DNA of 64,000 nucleotides from positions 1-64,000 of the forward strand of contig JBMGUZ010000009.1 of the NCBI GenBank assembly GCA_051530055.1. Reading direction: 5' to 3'. Below the pieces are notes generated by a model. The model did no database searches, was not told the DNA's origin, and worked only from the letters and a program-made list of their open reading frames with translations. Positions 22,265 to 35,189 of this stretch are shown piece after piece. This DNA is from Neoechinorhynchus agilis. Taxonomy: Eukaryota; Animalia; Acanthocephala. The position numbers and the translations under genes were made by a program. The stretch's first letter is position 1. Every line of letters begins with the position of its first letter.

Positions 22265-25215
22265 TTTATTTAAAAGAAACACAAGTCACCTGACCTTGTA
22301 CCTTAGGTATACAGTTAATCCTGTACATTTTAAACAACTTTAATCGGTTCAGTTGTTATTTTGTTGTTGTTTTCCGCTCTTTCCTCCAAATCAATTCGCA
22401 TTTGGGGGATTGAACAGTGGGGAAGAAAGAGCGGAGGTAGAGATTTGTGCGAGGGACTGAAGGATGGAAAATGTTGGGGCGACGCGAGTGTTGTAAGTGT
22501 GAGTTCGGAGGAGCTGGTTAGAACGCACCTCTTGTGAAATGTATTAAGTTTTTTGAATAGTTTACAAGAAAACTTGCAGAATGTTGGATATGCGCGTAGG
22601 CGAGCGTTGGTTGGATGGCGATGTTATAAAAGTACTTGAGGTCTTTGGATGATAATCCAAGGAATCGGGACGTTTAAGAAGATAGAATTTAATAGACCCT
22701 TCGAGCAACAAGTTGATGTGTGTTTGTCCTACTTTAGATTTTCCTGAAAATGAAGACCAAGGATACGAACAGGGGAGCCATGGTTGGTAGGAAAAGGAAA
22801 AAGTGCTTGATCGAAAGGGTGATTTGAGCTCGAGGGTACGATTTCGAAGCACTTGGTTAAGGGTAAGACATTTAGAGGAGCAAAATGCTTGAACGTGAGA
22901 AATCTCGTTAGAAGTAAGTGCATGCGTAATGATTGTGAGATCTTCAGCATAAAAAGAAGTATTCAGAATTAGAAGATGATGGAATAAGATCATTGAGGAA
23001 AATGTTGAAAAGAATGGGGGAGAGAGCAGCTCCTTGGGGGACTTTATTGTTAATTGCTAAGGTGTTCGAGACGATGCTCCCTATTTCGGTAAATTGTAAT
23101 CTATTGTTTAAGAAGGATTTAAACCATTTGATTTTCCAGGCGGCAAGACCAAATTTAGAGCATGTGTCAAGGAGAAGATTGTGATCGACGGAATCAAAAG
23201 CTTTATAAATGTCGATTTGGGTGAGTCGAGAGATAAATAAGGGGCGTGGGTCGAGATTATGAAGAAGAGAATCGTAGATGCAAAGAAGGGCGTCCGTACA
23301 CCCGGAAACCTAATTGAATGGATGAAATTTTTCGGTTGAAGATTGGCAGAAGGTGTGCTTCAAAGCATCTCTCAAAGACTTTAAAGAAGAAAGGTAAGAT
23401 AGAAATGGGTCGAAAACTTAGGAGGAATATACGTTTACCTGTTTTCGGGAGCAGGGTTACCCGAGGTTATATGGGTAAGAGGATCAATTAAATCTGGGAT
23501 GATAAAGCGAAGAGCCCAGTTGATAATGGCAGATTCAGGAAGTCACAAAGTTACTCATTGATAGAGTTTAGTATAGCAAAAAGGTCCGAGTTTGAGAGGC
23601 TGGAGAAAGATTTTCGTGTTTTCCCACCATAGGTGAATGGAATATTAGGCGAGTTTATGTGCAAGAAAGGTCTTGCGCGAGTTGAGAATGTGATGAGCAA
23701 GAGAGAATTGAAGGCGGGGGAAATCAGGGTTGCATGCGTGGTATGCTTTAATTGCCTTTATTTGGAGCATTTTCAAGAAAGGGATCATCCAAGGTGGGTC
23801 TCGGTTTGAAAGGCGGGCGGTTTTCCTAGGAATATCTGTAGTCGTACAGGAGGAATGTTCGTGGGAGAAAGCATAGCATTCGAGGGATTGAGGTGAAAAA
23901 TAGATTTTTTGTGTGAAGAGAGATTACGCGAGACCAATTTGGTAAATGCGAATATGTGTTGATCTCTCTTATCCCAGACCGTAAAGGGGGATGACCGGTT
24001 ACGTTGAGGAGGAGCGGAGGGAGAGAGGATTATTGCGCAATGATCTGTGGATGAAATTGGAGGTAGTTTTTTTAGCACTCTTGTATTTGTGGATGTTAGT
24101 AAAGATTTTATCGAGATGTGAGTTGTGGCGGGTAGGAAATTTTACTAATTGTACGTAGTCAAGAAGAGATAGTGATGTAGGAAGATTATTGAAATCACCA
24201 AGAATGGTTAGATGTTCAAGACCAAGAGAGTGAAGATTTGCTATGAGTGCATCAATATCCTGTGATGCCATTTGTAGATTGACTGAGGGAGGGTCGAATT
24301 TCGGCTGCCTGAGTGAAGTTTGAGCGAGAGCGTTATGTAGATGTACACTAAGTATGGGGATTGTTAAGGAGTTGAGGGGGAGGGAGTAAGGGAGGTCAGA
24401 CCGGATGAAAATGGAGACTTCACTTCCTACGCATTCGTCTCTGTAAGAGTGGAAAGGCGTTTAGTCAGGGATCAAGGCGATGTCGGAATTGGGGGATTGC
24501 AGCCACGTTTCCACAATGACCAAAATGTCTGCGTTAGTGGTGGAGGCTAATAGCGAAGGACGATCCAGTTTAGGTGACAGACTTCTTATGTTAGTGAAAA
24601 GAAAGGAGGGAAATGGTTGTTTGAAAGAGTTTGAAGGGGGATGTAGTTTGCGGGAGTTGACTGGTGAAAGAGTTGGGTGGATACGTTTTTGAGCGGTTTT
24701 TGAGTGAGTGGCAATGTTTGATTTTGCCAACGTAGAGTGGGGATTTTCGGAGGTATCAGAAAATTTACATGAGAGTTCTGAGATTATGTTTTGGCTTGTG
24801 ATAAATTAGTGGAAGGGGAGAGAAGACGGTTATGCATACGGGAATGCTCTATGGAGTTCACAGTTTGAAGTGAGCGGTTTGGGTATATTCGATATGGCAG
24901 GGAGGAATTGACGGTGTTTGGTAGACGAAAAGTGATTTTGAGTTGACGAGGACGGGAGTTATTAGAGTTTTTGTTGGGGATGCGTTGAAGGGTGTCCGGG
25001 GAAGGAAAAAAGGATTTGGGAAAGAGTTGTGGGCAGACAATATTAAGGTGATGAATGTAGTGCTTCTGCAGGTCTAAGTTGGATAATGTTGTGATTTTTG
25101 GTATAAGATGTTATGTGTAGGTCGGTAGGTGGATGATATATTTTTATATTGTTGGTTGCTGTAGGCCTGTTGCGGTGTTTGTTGAAGAAGATTGCTTTTG
25201 CGGTAGGAATGAGTG
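22265..25215 (-). mobile_element. L2/CR1-type LINE, near full-length ORF2 with internal deletions
   Basis: APE motifs FTNIRSL, VIVETWL, ILGDFN, HLDKIFT and STDHC. RT motifs KAFDSVDH and GVPQGAALSP. A-rich 3' end near 22265. Confidence 0.88.
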
Positions 25216-26190
25216 GTTTGTCCAATTTCCATTCTACCCGCCGCTCTTTCAAAAATCATCGAAAAATGTTTTAAATCTCGACTTCTTTCACTTCTCCACG
25301 AAAAGTTATCGCCTAAACAATTTGGCTTCCGACCCAGATTTTCTGCAACCGATGCCCTACTTTGCATTTATGACACGCTTCTACGTAACCTCGACAATAA
25401 TTCCCTCCCATGTCACCCGAAAGCTTTCGACTCCGTCGACCATTCACTCCTTCTCCGAGCCTACTTCGATTTTGGTCTCAATTTGCGGCGGATCCACTTG
25501 CTCGAATCTTATCTTCACAATCGCGAACAATACATTCACTGCCGTTCTACCTCTTCTATCAGCCTATCCCTCTCTAAAGGCGTCTCTCAAGATGTTGTGC
25601 TGTCACCACTTCTCTTTAATATTTTTCTAAACAACCTCAAACCTCTCTCCTCTCAGTCTAAACTCTTCTTATACGCCGGCGATATCACCATCATCATCGA
25701 TTCACCACCCCACCTCTCCCTTTCTTTAACCTCTAAAGAAATCACACTCAAAAGATTTCGGTACCAATCACAAACTCCACCTGAATTTCTCTAAATGTTT
25801 CGAAATGATCCCCTCTTTCCCGCAACCCCACATCATCCTCTGAACTTCCAAATGACATCCTATGAGTAACCTCCCTAAGAATTCTGGGTCTCCAATTTCG
25901 ATCAAATTTGAAATGGGACTCGCACATCACTCCCTCAAGCACAACACCTTTAAAATTTACCTCTTCAAACGCTTCCGCCGTTTTTGAGTCCCTTCACCCG
26001 ACCTCTACAAATTTTACTTCGGCTTTATCTTACCCACCCTCACCAACAGTTATCCCGTGTTTTGCAACCTGTCAAAATCTCAAATCCGTCGTCTTGAAAC
26101 GTTTCATAGAAGATCATCTAAAATTTCCACGACTGACTTTCCCCATCTCACCGAATGAATTGATACTATTTTCATAAAACAAATAAAACG
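25215..26190 (+). mobile_element. L2/CR1-type LINE RT fragment and 3' end
   Basis: PISILPAALSKIIEKC, QFGFRP, KAFDSVDH, GVSQDVVLSPLLFNIF and FLYAGD. Ends AAAACAAATAAAA. Confidence 0.88.
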
Positions 26191-26192
26191 AG

Positions 26193-28416
26193 CCGGATAT
26201 TCTCAAAGGAACATACAAATTCTCACCCGAACGAACCTCCCAAGACTAGATAGTTCTTACCGAATAGACAGCCCTCCGACCAGATATTACCACCCGAACG
26301 GACATCCCTCGACTGGATATTCCCATCCTAACGGATACGCTTTCTTTGAACATTGTGAACCGGAATTCTTATGAGGACCCAAAGGTACATGGGTACTCCT
26401 ATTCTTTCATTGTATTTTCAACAATAAAGGTGTTATTATTATATCTTTAGCAGTAATTTAGGCGATCAAATAAAACCTGCGCTCTCGGATTTCATAACGT
26501 GAAACGATTCTGAGGAAAGACCAACCTTACAAGCACTCCCGGGAGCAATAAACACCAATTCCCTCCCGAACGAACCTTCCAACCCAACCGGATATTCTCA
26601 AAGGAACATACAAATTCTCACCCGAACGAACCTCCTCCGACTAGATAGTTCTTACCGAATAGACATCCCTCCGACCAGATATTACCACCCGAACGGACAT
26701 CCCTCGACTGGATATTCCCATCCTAACGGATACGCTTTCTTTGAACATTGTGAACCGGAATTCTTATGAGGACCCAAAGGTACATGGGTACTCCTATTCT
26801 TTCTTTGTATTTTCAACAATAAAGGTGTTATTATTATATCTTTAGCAGTAATTTAGGCGATCAAATAAAACCTGCGCTCTCGGATATCATAACGTGAAAC
26901 GATTCTGAGGAAAGACCAACCTTACAAGCACTCCCGGGAGCAATAAACACCAATTCCCTCCCGAACGAACCTTCCAACCCAACCGGATATTCTCAAAGGA
27001 ACATACAAATTCTCACCCGAACGAACCTCCCCCGACTAGATAGTTCTTACCGAATAGACATCCCTCCGACCAGATATTACCACCCGAACGGACATCCCTC
27101 GACTGGATATTCCCATCCTAACGGATACGCTTTCTTTGAACATTGTGAACCGGAATTCTTATGAGGACCCAAAGGTACATGGGTACTCCTATTCTTTCTT
27201 TGTATTTTCAACAATAAAGGTGTTATTATTATATCTTTAGCAGTAATTTAGGCGATCAAATAAAACCTGCGCTCTCGGATTTCATAACGTGAAACGATTC
27301 TGAGGAAAGACCAACCTTACAAGCACTCCCGGGAGCAATAAACACCAATTCCCTCCCGAACGAACCTTCCAACCCAACCGGATATTCTCAAAGGAACATA
27401 CAAATTCTCACCCGAACGAACCTCCTCCGACTAGATAGTTCTTACCGAATAGACATCCCTCCGACCAGATATTACCACCCGAACGGACATCCCTCGACTG
27501 GATATTCCCATCCTAACGGATACGCTTTCTTTGAACAATTATGAACCTGAATGCTTATGAGGACCCAAAGGTACATGGGTACTCCTATTCTTTCTTTGTA
27601 TTTTCAACAATAAAGGTGTTATTATTATATCTTTAGCAGTAATTTAGGCGATCAAATAAAACCTGCGCTCTCGGATATCATAACGTGAAACGATTCTGAG
27701 GAAAGACCAACCTTACAAGCACTCCCGGGAGCAATAAACACCAATTCCCTCCCGAACGAACCTTCCAACCCAACCGGATATTCTCAAAGGAACATACAAA
27801 TTCTCACCCGAACGAACCTCCCCCGACTAGATAGTTCTTACCGAATAGACATCCCTCCGACCAGATATTACCACCCGAACGGACATCCCTCGACTGGATA
27901 TTCCCATCCTAACGGATACGCTTTCTTTGAACATTGTGAACCGGAATTCTGAGGACCCAAAGGTACATGGGTACTCCTATTCTTTCTTTGTATTTTCAAC
28001 AATAAAGGTGTTATTATTATATCTTTAGCAGTAATTTAGGCGATCAAATAAAACCTGCGCTCTCGGATATCATAACGTGAAACGATTCTGAGGAAAGACC
28101 AACCTTACAAGCACTCCCGGGAGCAATAAACACCAATTCCCTCCCGAGCGAACCTTCCAACCCAACCGGATATTCTCAAAGGAACATACAAATTCTCACC
28201 CGAACGAACCTCCCCCGACTAGATAGTTCTTACCGAATAGACATCCCTCCGACCAGATATTACCACCCGAACGGACATCCCTCGACTGGATATTCCCATC
28301 CTAACGGATACGCTTTCTTTGAACAATTATGAACCTGAATGCTTATGAGGACCCAAAGGTACATGGGTACTCCTATTCTTTCTTTGTATTTTCAACAATA
28401 AAGGTGTTATTATTAT
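26193..28416. repeat. Tandem satellite, about 5.6 near-identical units of ~395 bp
   Basis: GGATATTCTCAAAGG recurs at 26195, 26590, 26985, 27380, 27776 and 28168. Confidence 0.97.
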
Positions 28417-28507
28417 TCGCTTGAATTTGGCATACTGATGACATCTACCAAACCTCTCCTTTGTGGTCGCTTCACTATCCGATTTCAGTAAACCTTTAAT
28501 ATGTTTC

Positions 28508-28765
28508 TTAGAATTCACTTTTGAAAATTTTTGCCCGCCTCTTTGAGGCGTTCGCTTTTTTCCCTTTGCACTTTTTGACTTCGACCAACTGTTCACTTTT
28601 AAGAGCTTCGATTTCGAACTGAATAGCCTCCCCTAATACATCCTTAACTGCACTCACCGCTTCAATTAATGAGTCCCTTAGATTATCAGTAAGCCGTTCG
28701 AAGCACTTCTTTAGTACGACATCAATAAGAGCGGAATACTTCACCGATTCTTGTTCACTGTTCAT
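28508..28765 (-). other. 85-codon helical/basic ORF, possibly a truncated retroelement ORF1 (inverted copy at 63402-63659)
   Basis: Heptad-like LxxxLxxxL pattern followed by a Lys/Arg-rich stretch. Abuts the satellite. No firm homology. Confidence 0.3.
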
Positions 28766-29633
28766 TGATTAGAATACGTTGACGAGATATAGGACCTTGA
28801 CGACCTTTCACAAGAGAAGTGCGCTCTAATATGCCATCCTGAACTCATAGAAAAACAAATTGCTTTTCCAACGATCGGTTTCTCGCACCCACTCTCTCTT
28901 CAGCACCGCTAAAATCCTCCAAGTGAGAATCGAACCGACCTTTACACTTGACCGGACCCGTAATCCACTCCAAAAATCAACCGCCATCAGCTCAGTGGTG
29001 ATTTTAAGAAAACTGCGAACAACTTCGGTTTTAATATTCGATTTTCCATTGCCATCATTTCCCTAAAATATGTTTTTTATGCTAAAAATAAAGGTGGATA
29101 AAGCATACCACGCATGCAACCCTGATTTCCCTCGCCTTCAATTCTCTCTTACTCATCACATTCGCAACTCGCGCAAGGCCTTTCTTGCACATAAACTCTC
29201 CTAATATTCCACTCGACTCTGGTGGGAAAACACTTAAATCTTTCGTCAACCTCTCAAACTCAGACCTCTTTGCTATACTAAACTCCATCAATGCACAACT
29301 TTGTGACTCCCTTAATTTTCTATTCCCAATTGGGCTCTTCGCTTCATTATCCCAGATTTAATTGATCCTCTTACAGCACACCTTCTGCAAATCTTCAATC
29401 AAAAGATTTCATCCATTCGACGCCCTAATTTGCATCTACGATTCTCTTTTTTATAAATTCGGATTCGAGGTTTCAGAAATTTAGATAGAATACTTGACGC
29501 ACAAGTCAAAATTTCTGCTGTTCGCTTTCGAGATAGTGAAAATGTAAATTGGGATAAATCTTTGTTTAAATAAGTTTTAATCTTTTACATAAAAACGTTC
29601 AAATCGCATAAGATCCCTTTTTTAGATCCACGA

Positions 29634-29978
29634 ATGTCATCGCTGGTCCAATACATTGTTCTAAGGAAAGATTTAAAATGGCCTGCAGGCGCCCTCATTG
29701 CTCAAGCTTGCCACGCTGCTACCGCTGTAATCTTTGAGAACTACGACGATCACTTAACTCTCTCTTATTTGAAAGATATTGATAATATGCACAAAATTGT
29801 GCTCGAGTGCGACGGCGAAAAGGAGTTGAATAACATTCAACTGTCATTGGCCGAAAGGAACATAAAGTATAAACTCTGGATTGAAAAACCTGAAAATCTT
29901 GGAACCTGTATAGCACTGAAGCCATATCCTAAAAAAGACGTTAACGATTTGTTTAAGAGCCTTAAACTTTTCAAGTAA
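29634..29978 (+). CDS. PTRHD1: PTRHD1, copy 2
   Basis: Translation identical to 8553-8897. Confidence 0.95.
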   Translation: MSSLVQYIVLRKDLKWPAGALIAQACHAATAVIFENYDDHLTLSYLKDIDNMHKIVLECDGEKELNNIQLSLAERNIKYKLWIEKPENLGTCIALKPYPKKDVNDLFKSLKLFK

Positions 29979-30660
29979 GCGTAAATATTATATTTTTGCG
30001 AGAACGGGCAGAGCTGTATTTGAATTTAAGCGCAGCAGGAAAATAGAAAGTTCATAAAAAATCTCGAATCGTGCAATACTCGATTATCTAAGGATTAATC
30101 CCAAATACTTTGCTTCTACCAAGATCGTATTAAATTGATTTTGCTCCTTTTCTGCTCTGAGAAGTAAAATAGTTGCCTGATATCTTCGAATAATTGGCAG
30201 ACCTTTAATGGTTGAGTTTTTGGTGATTTTACAAAGATTCCCTCTCGTCTTTTAATTTTTTTTAAGTAAAACCTTTTTTCCAAGTTTTACAATGAGGTCA
30301 ATCTCTTCTGTCATCTATTTTTAATGGTTTGTGCTAGGTAATCCAACAGTAACTTTCCTAAGACTGATAGACGACTGAGTATTTTTCTTAGCCTATTGTC
30401 TTTTTTATAATTAACATTAGCTGAGAAGTGCATCTTGTTTATTAGTTCACCTTTAAAAACATTAACTGAAACTTTCTAGAAAAGCTTAAGAAGTCTTTAA
30501 CATTTTTTGCGAAGACTATCGGTCCAATTGGAAGACAGCGATCGCTTAACCTTGTGATGGATTTTCATTTGCGCTACACGAGAACGTCTCACAGTTGCAT
30601 CTCTGACCCTCGCACAAAATAAACTCTATTTTTTGTTTCATGCCACTTGATGATATTCCT

Positions 30661-31220
30661 TTATTGAGCCGAAAGCTCAGTGTCATACTCATAGCAGAAA
30701 AGTGGATGTTCATGAGGACCCACGCTACTTAGCTCATATTTCAGCGTATGTTTTCCCTAAAAGGTTTTTCATGAGTTTCCTGTTCTAAATATACAAATAA
30801 ACTTACGACAGGCATGAAAGGCATTATAAGAACGTTATGAACGGAGGTACAATCAGTTTCTTTGCAGTCCACTTTATAATTTTCAGCTGATGCGGTCCTG
30901 GAAATAAGTTCTCCGTTAATAGTCGTGGTCACTTTAAGCTCATAGTTATGATCATGATCTCCATCTGATTTGAATTGTGTGGTAATAATGATTTTATCGC
31001 CATGGACGAGATGGCAAACGCCATCTTTAAGGCAATGGCACGTTTGCAGTTTTACGGATTTCGGACCAAGACCTTAAAAAGATCGTTTAGATGTCAACAT
31101 TTTTATAGATTATCTCGTACCTGCACATGGGCGGATGTGTTCAGTTGTAAGATCTTTTGAGTGGACAGCAGCGGCGTTGCTGAGAGCCAACACAGAAACG
31201 AGCAGGAGAAGGAATTCCAT
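30661..31220 (-). CDS. Secreted ML-domain (NPC2-like) protein, copy 2
   Basis: Reverse complement of 60947-61506. ATG at 31220, stop at 30661. Confidence 0.85.
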
Positions 31221-31778
31221 GACTACTTAGAAGAAATGTTGCGGACGATTTCAGGTGAGATATTAAGTTCTATTTATATTGGTGCAACTGACGAAGAAAT
31301 CATGTCAGTCTTATCGTTCCAGTCAAGATAAACGTGTCAGTTCTTGAAATTGTGGCATGCGTTTAGTACGTGTTCCAGGGGCACAAATAGACCGAGTAAA
31401 AATAAATCGTTATATAGATAATCTTAAAGATTATGCCCATCATTGCGCCTTATATGATTGATTCGTTAACTATGAAATAGTGGGCAAGTTTAGTTGCATT
31501 TTACTTTCGAGAAAAATGCTTTTTCCATTTCTAAAAGCGTATTTCTATCACTACCTTTTTATTATGTGTTCTTTGTTGATGAGAAGAATAGATATTGATT
31601 TATTGATCCAACGATTTTAGCCTCACACCTAATCTTCGAACAGAAGTACTACGGATAGTGACTTTTTTCTAACTCCCCTGAAGAAGGAGTTAAATTTCGA
31701 AATATCGGTCAAAAATAAACATTTGTTTTCAACCGCTTAACTTGCTTAAATAAAAGGACAATAGAAAAACGTGGAATT

Positions 31779-31955
31779 GATTCCTGCGCTCATAAGCAGC
31801 AACGTGCCTATTAGTCTTTCTAACGAAAGGAATTTTATAAAAGAAACAGATGGGTGCAGGATATTCTTGAGTCACATTCGTTTCAGACTACAAGCATTTT
31901 CCGTACAAATATGTTTTTCTTATTGTTTGGAGTTTTGAGGGCAAACAACAAACAT
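31779..31955 (-). pseudogene. Inverted, internally deleted fragment of the 4-TM gene
   Basis: 31779-31850 matches the reverse complement of ~19905-19975. 31850-31955 matches the reverse complement of ~19570-19675. Confidence 0.8.
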
Positions 31956-32299
31956 TTGTTGTTTATTTTTGTTTATCATAAAGCTCATGATGGGTCGAGG
32001 TCAACTTTCTCAAAAACCGTTTAAACCTGAAACGCTCCTCCTTTTGACGCGCAGTTATCCCGATCATTCGGTACCGCATCTCAGGATCTGATCAAGCGAT
32101 TGTCGAAGAGACTGAGACGAATCATTGACGATGCGAGGGCAGGAGCATACGCGAAGCTGAGTTATTAAGAGCGGTGGGGTGAATGATATTTCCATAGTTT
32201 TTTGAATACTAAAAGATTAATTTTTGATTTAGAATGCTTTGTCGAGCTCGCCAAATGAAAAGGTGGTTAAATGTTGAATGTTTGGATCTCAAAATAAGA

Positions 32300-32713
32300 A
32301 AACTCAAGGACATATCGTAGAGAGATTGGCAGCATCGAGCAGAGAAGGATTAGACAACACCGAATGGCATCATTAGCAAAACGAAGAGGTCGTTTACTAG
32401 TGAGGAAAATGAATTGTTGAACTTAGGCTACCAATTTGCTCTCACAAATAAGAGAACGGGCAAAAGGGTGTCATTGGACGCAGCGAAGAATCTTGAATTA
32501 AGCGCAAAGAAAATAGTCGCGAATTTTGTGAAAAATGTGGCGACGACGCGGGTAATAAATGGTCTCTCAACAGTTTATGGAGATTTCATGCAGGATCACA
32601 TTCGATTAGAACGATATTCTCGTTGTGCGGATCAAACCCCGACAAATATTCTTCTTAATGTTTCGTTGACAAAATCCACTTCTTCATACATCTACAATAT
32701 TGTTTTAAACTGA
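32300..32713 (+). mobile_element. Possible N-terminal fragment of a Penelope-like ORF
   Basis: FTSEENELLNLGYQFAL resembles the LS/TxxExxLLxKGLxF motif upstream of PLE RT. No RT core follows. Confidence 0.35.
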
Positions 32714-32769
32714 TTCCCTTGCCGTACCCTTGATTCGGAGAGTTAATGTCCGCTCGAACCCCCTGCACA

Positions 32770-33430
32770 ATGTTCGGCTTTCTTTCAGCACCAAGTTGTT
32801 GATTGGGAGTGCGAGGCCGAAATTCGCCTTGTTTCCTGACGTGTATAATTTTTACACGTTACCCGAAACGATGTGACGTCGTACCACATTCAGAAAACGA
32901 TGTGACGTTGCACGTAGTGGGTTAGGTGTTGGACGCTCTGCGTTTGGTGGTTTTTTTGAATATTAAAAACATATCATCTGGCGACGAGGATGTCCGAACC
33001 CGAATGAAGACAATCGAGGATATTCTGATCAATCAACAGCAGTTGATACAGTTGTTGATACGAGAAGCCAAGCCCATATAGGGCAATATGATCGATAAGA
33101 ATACGGGATTTAGGGTTTGTAAACATTTTGAATATTGCGGAATAAGTGATGACTCCATTAAGCAAGCATGCTTACTCGCCTGGATGGATTCGAGTGTATT
33201 CTGAACGATCCGCAAACGTTTGGGAGTAAAGGTGCCGCCGGAATGCACGTACTCAGAACTACTGGGAGTATTGAGAAACGTTTTCCGAAGTGAAATTCAT
33301 GAGATCGCAGCTCGATACAAATTTTTCAATATGGGTCTCGAAGGACAAATCTACCGTGAGTGGTTAGCTGACCTGTGGGGTGCAGCGAATAGTTGCCAGT
33401 TCTTCAAGGAGAAAATGGCTCATGAACAGG
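32770..33430 (+). mobile_element. Gypsy LTR retrotransposon 5' remnant: LTR end, PBS and degenerate gag
   Basis: LTR ends ..ATATCA at 32976. PBS TGGCGACGAGGATG at 32979-32992. Gag-like LLAWM..YSELLGVL..HEIAARYKFF. Confidence 0.8.
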
Positions 33431-33454
33431 AAGCGACCGAACTATACATAGGAG

Positions 33455-35185
33455 ATATAAACACGTTTTATTAATTAAGAAAAACGATCAATACACTTGC
33501 CAGCATCTATCTTTGCTGAAGTTGTCTGGATGTCAGAGGTGGTACGAGCGAGGGCTGGATGAAAAAGGTTGGGGTTACGGGTGTTTACGAGGGAAAAGTA
33601 TTTAGAAACGAAAGAAGAAAATTGTGGAGGGGATTGAAGAAGACGGAGGGCGTTTTTGGAGAAAATGGAGTGAAGGTGGGCGTCGAGGGGAGGGAGTGAA
33701 GTGCCGCATATTCTCGCTGCTCTTTTGTGGAAGGTTTCGAGGGAATGGAAAGCATTGGCGGAATAGGCGAGGAAAGTGGGGAAGGCGCATGTAAGGATAG
33801 GGAGGATGGCAAAGAGATAAAAGTGGGCAAGGCGTTTAGGGGATATGCCGAGACGCCGGAGGAGTTCGAGGAGGTAAAGACGAGGGTTTGCTTTAAAAAG
33901 TGTAAATGTGGGCATCCCATTTATGGTTTTCTTGTGAAATCAGGCCCAGTATTCGGAGCGACGAGGAGCGTTGGATGGGGAGAGGGAGAGGCGCGAGGAT
34001 AAGATTGCGTTTGGGAATGTGGGGAACAAGCTCAAAAGATTTGGATAAATTTAGGGAGAGGTTTAGGGTGGAGAGTGAGGAAATGAGATGGTTGAGCTCG
34101 TCCATGGTAGTGGAGAGGGCGAGAGACGGAGATGCGATGGTAATGACTGTGAAGTCATCGGCATAGAGAAAATGTTTCGTAGAGGAGCGAGGGGATGAAA
34201 ATCATTTTGAAAAATGTCAAAGAGAAGAGTGGAAAGTTCGGCGCCTTGGGTGACCCCTTTAAATATGCGCAGAGAAGAGGAGCAAGAAGTTCCACATTTG
34301 ATATATTGTTCGCGGTTGGAGAGGAAAAAGGAAATCCAAGCGAGTTGTCAAGTTGGGAGGCCGCATCAGAACAAGAGTAATTTGGACGGAAAGCGAATTG
34401 GGAGGGGGAGATGTTTTTGAGGAAGAAGGGAAGTAGGCGGGTTTTAAAACATTTTTCTAAGATTACGAAGCGATGTGGGGGGAAATCGGCTTGCTGTTTT
34501 TGTGTAGGGGACGACACGGGCTTCCTTAAGACACGACGGGAAAGAGATCAGTAGAAAGCTAAGGTTCGTTATGTGCGTTAAAGGATCGATAAGTTCAGGG
34601 ATGATGAAACGAATGGCCCAATATTTGATAATCGAATTAGGGGAAGAATGGCGAGGCAGGCGTTTGAGGATCTCTAGGACTTCGAGAGGAAAACTAAGGA
34701 AGGGCATGTATGGATGGGTGGGTCAGAAAGTGAGGAGGGAGGTTGGGACAATGGAAAGGAGGTTTGAGGAGGACAGAGGTTTTTATTCATGGTGTTGAGG
34801 ATTGGGAGGAGATCAAATTTGGGGAGAGATGCGAAGGGGGTGGATCTACCAAGACCAGTGACATTTTTTATTTCACGCCAATAGTTTCGATTGGGAACGG
34901 ACGAGAGACGAGATGAGAGGAACACTTTGCGGGCTATACGGATGCGTTTGGTCAATGTGGAGTGGAGGGAGGAGTAAACGGGATTGCCTGACCGGAAAGC
35001 TTTGGTGACCTGTATTTGAAGGGTTTTTAGAAAAGGCGAGAACCATGGAGGGTCGCGGTTCGATATTCGTATTCTTTTGCGAGGAAAGGTGGCCTTCATC
35101 GCTGATTCTATTAGATTTACCAGAGAGCCCATTGCAATCGAGAGGTCGGTACCAAGGATGGTTAGGACGTTTTTGCGTGATAAGA
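33455..35185 (-). mobile_element. L2/CR1-type LINE fragment
   Basis: RDPPWFSPFLK, IDPLTHITNLS..FPSCLKEARVVP, ISPSQFAFRP, YADD and LYLLELLRRLG. AATAAAA 3' end at ~33470. Confidence 0.85.
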
Positions 35186-35189
35186 GTAT

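Larger units (their letters stand above)
28167..31780 (+). repeat. Left arm of a large inverted duplication (partner 60387-64000)
   Basis: Position x pairs with 92167-x at every point checked. Identity ends at GTGGAATTGA(31780) / TCAATTCCAC(60387). The outer limit is set by the window edge on the right arm. Confidence 0.97.

Noticed and set aside
26500-26520. GAAAC..CTGAGGA in the 395-bp unit as a possible hammerhead
   Set aside because: Only about 4 nt separate the motifs and no helices I-III can be formed.
26193-28416. Regular repeats considered as a CRISPR array
   Set aside because: The units are contiguous ~395-bp copies with no unique spacers, there are no cas genes, and the context is eukaryotic. 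The same applies to the 607-2480, 50031-51035 and 51950-52630 arrays.
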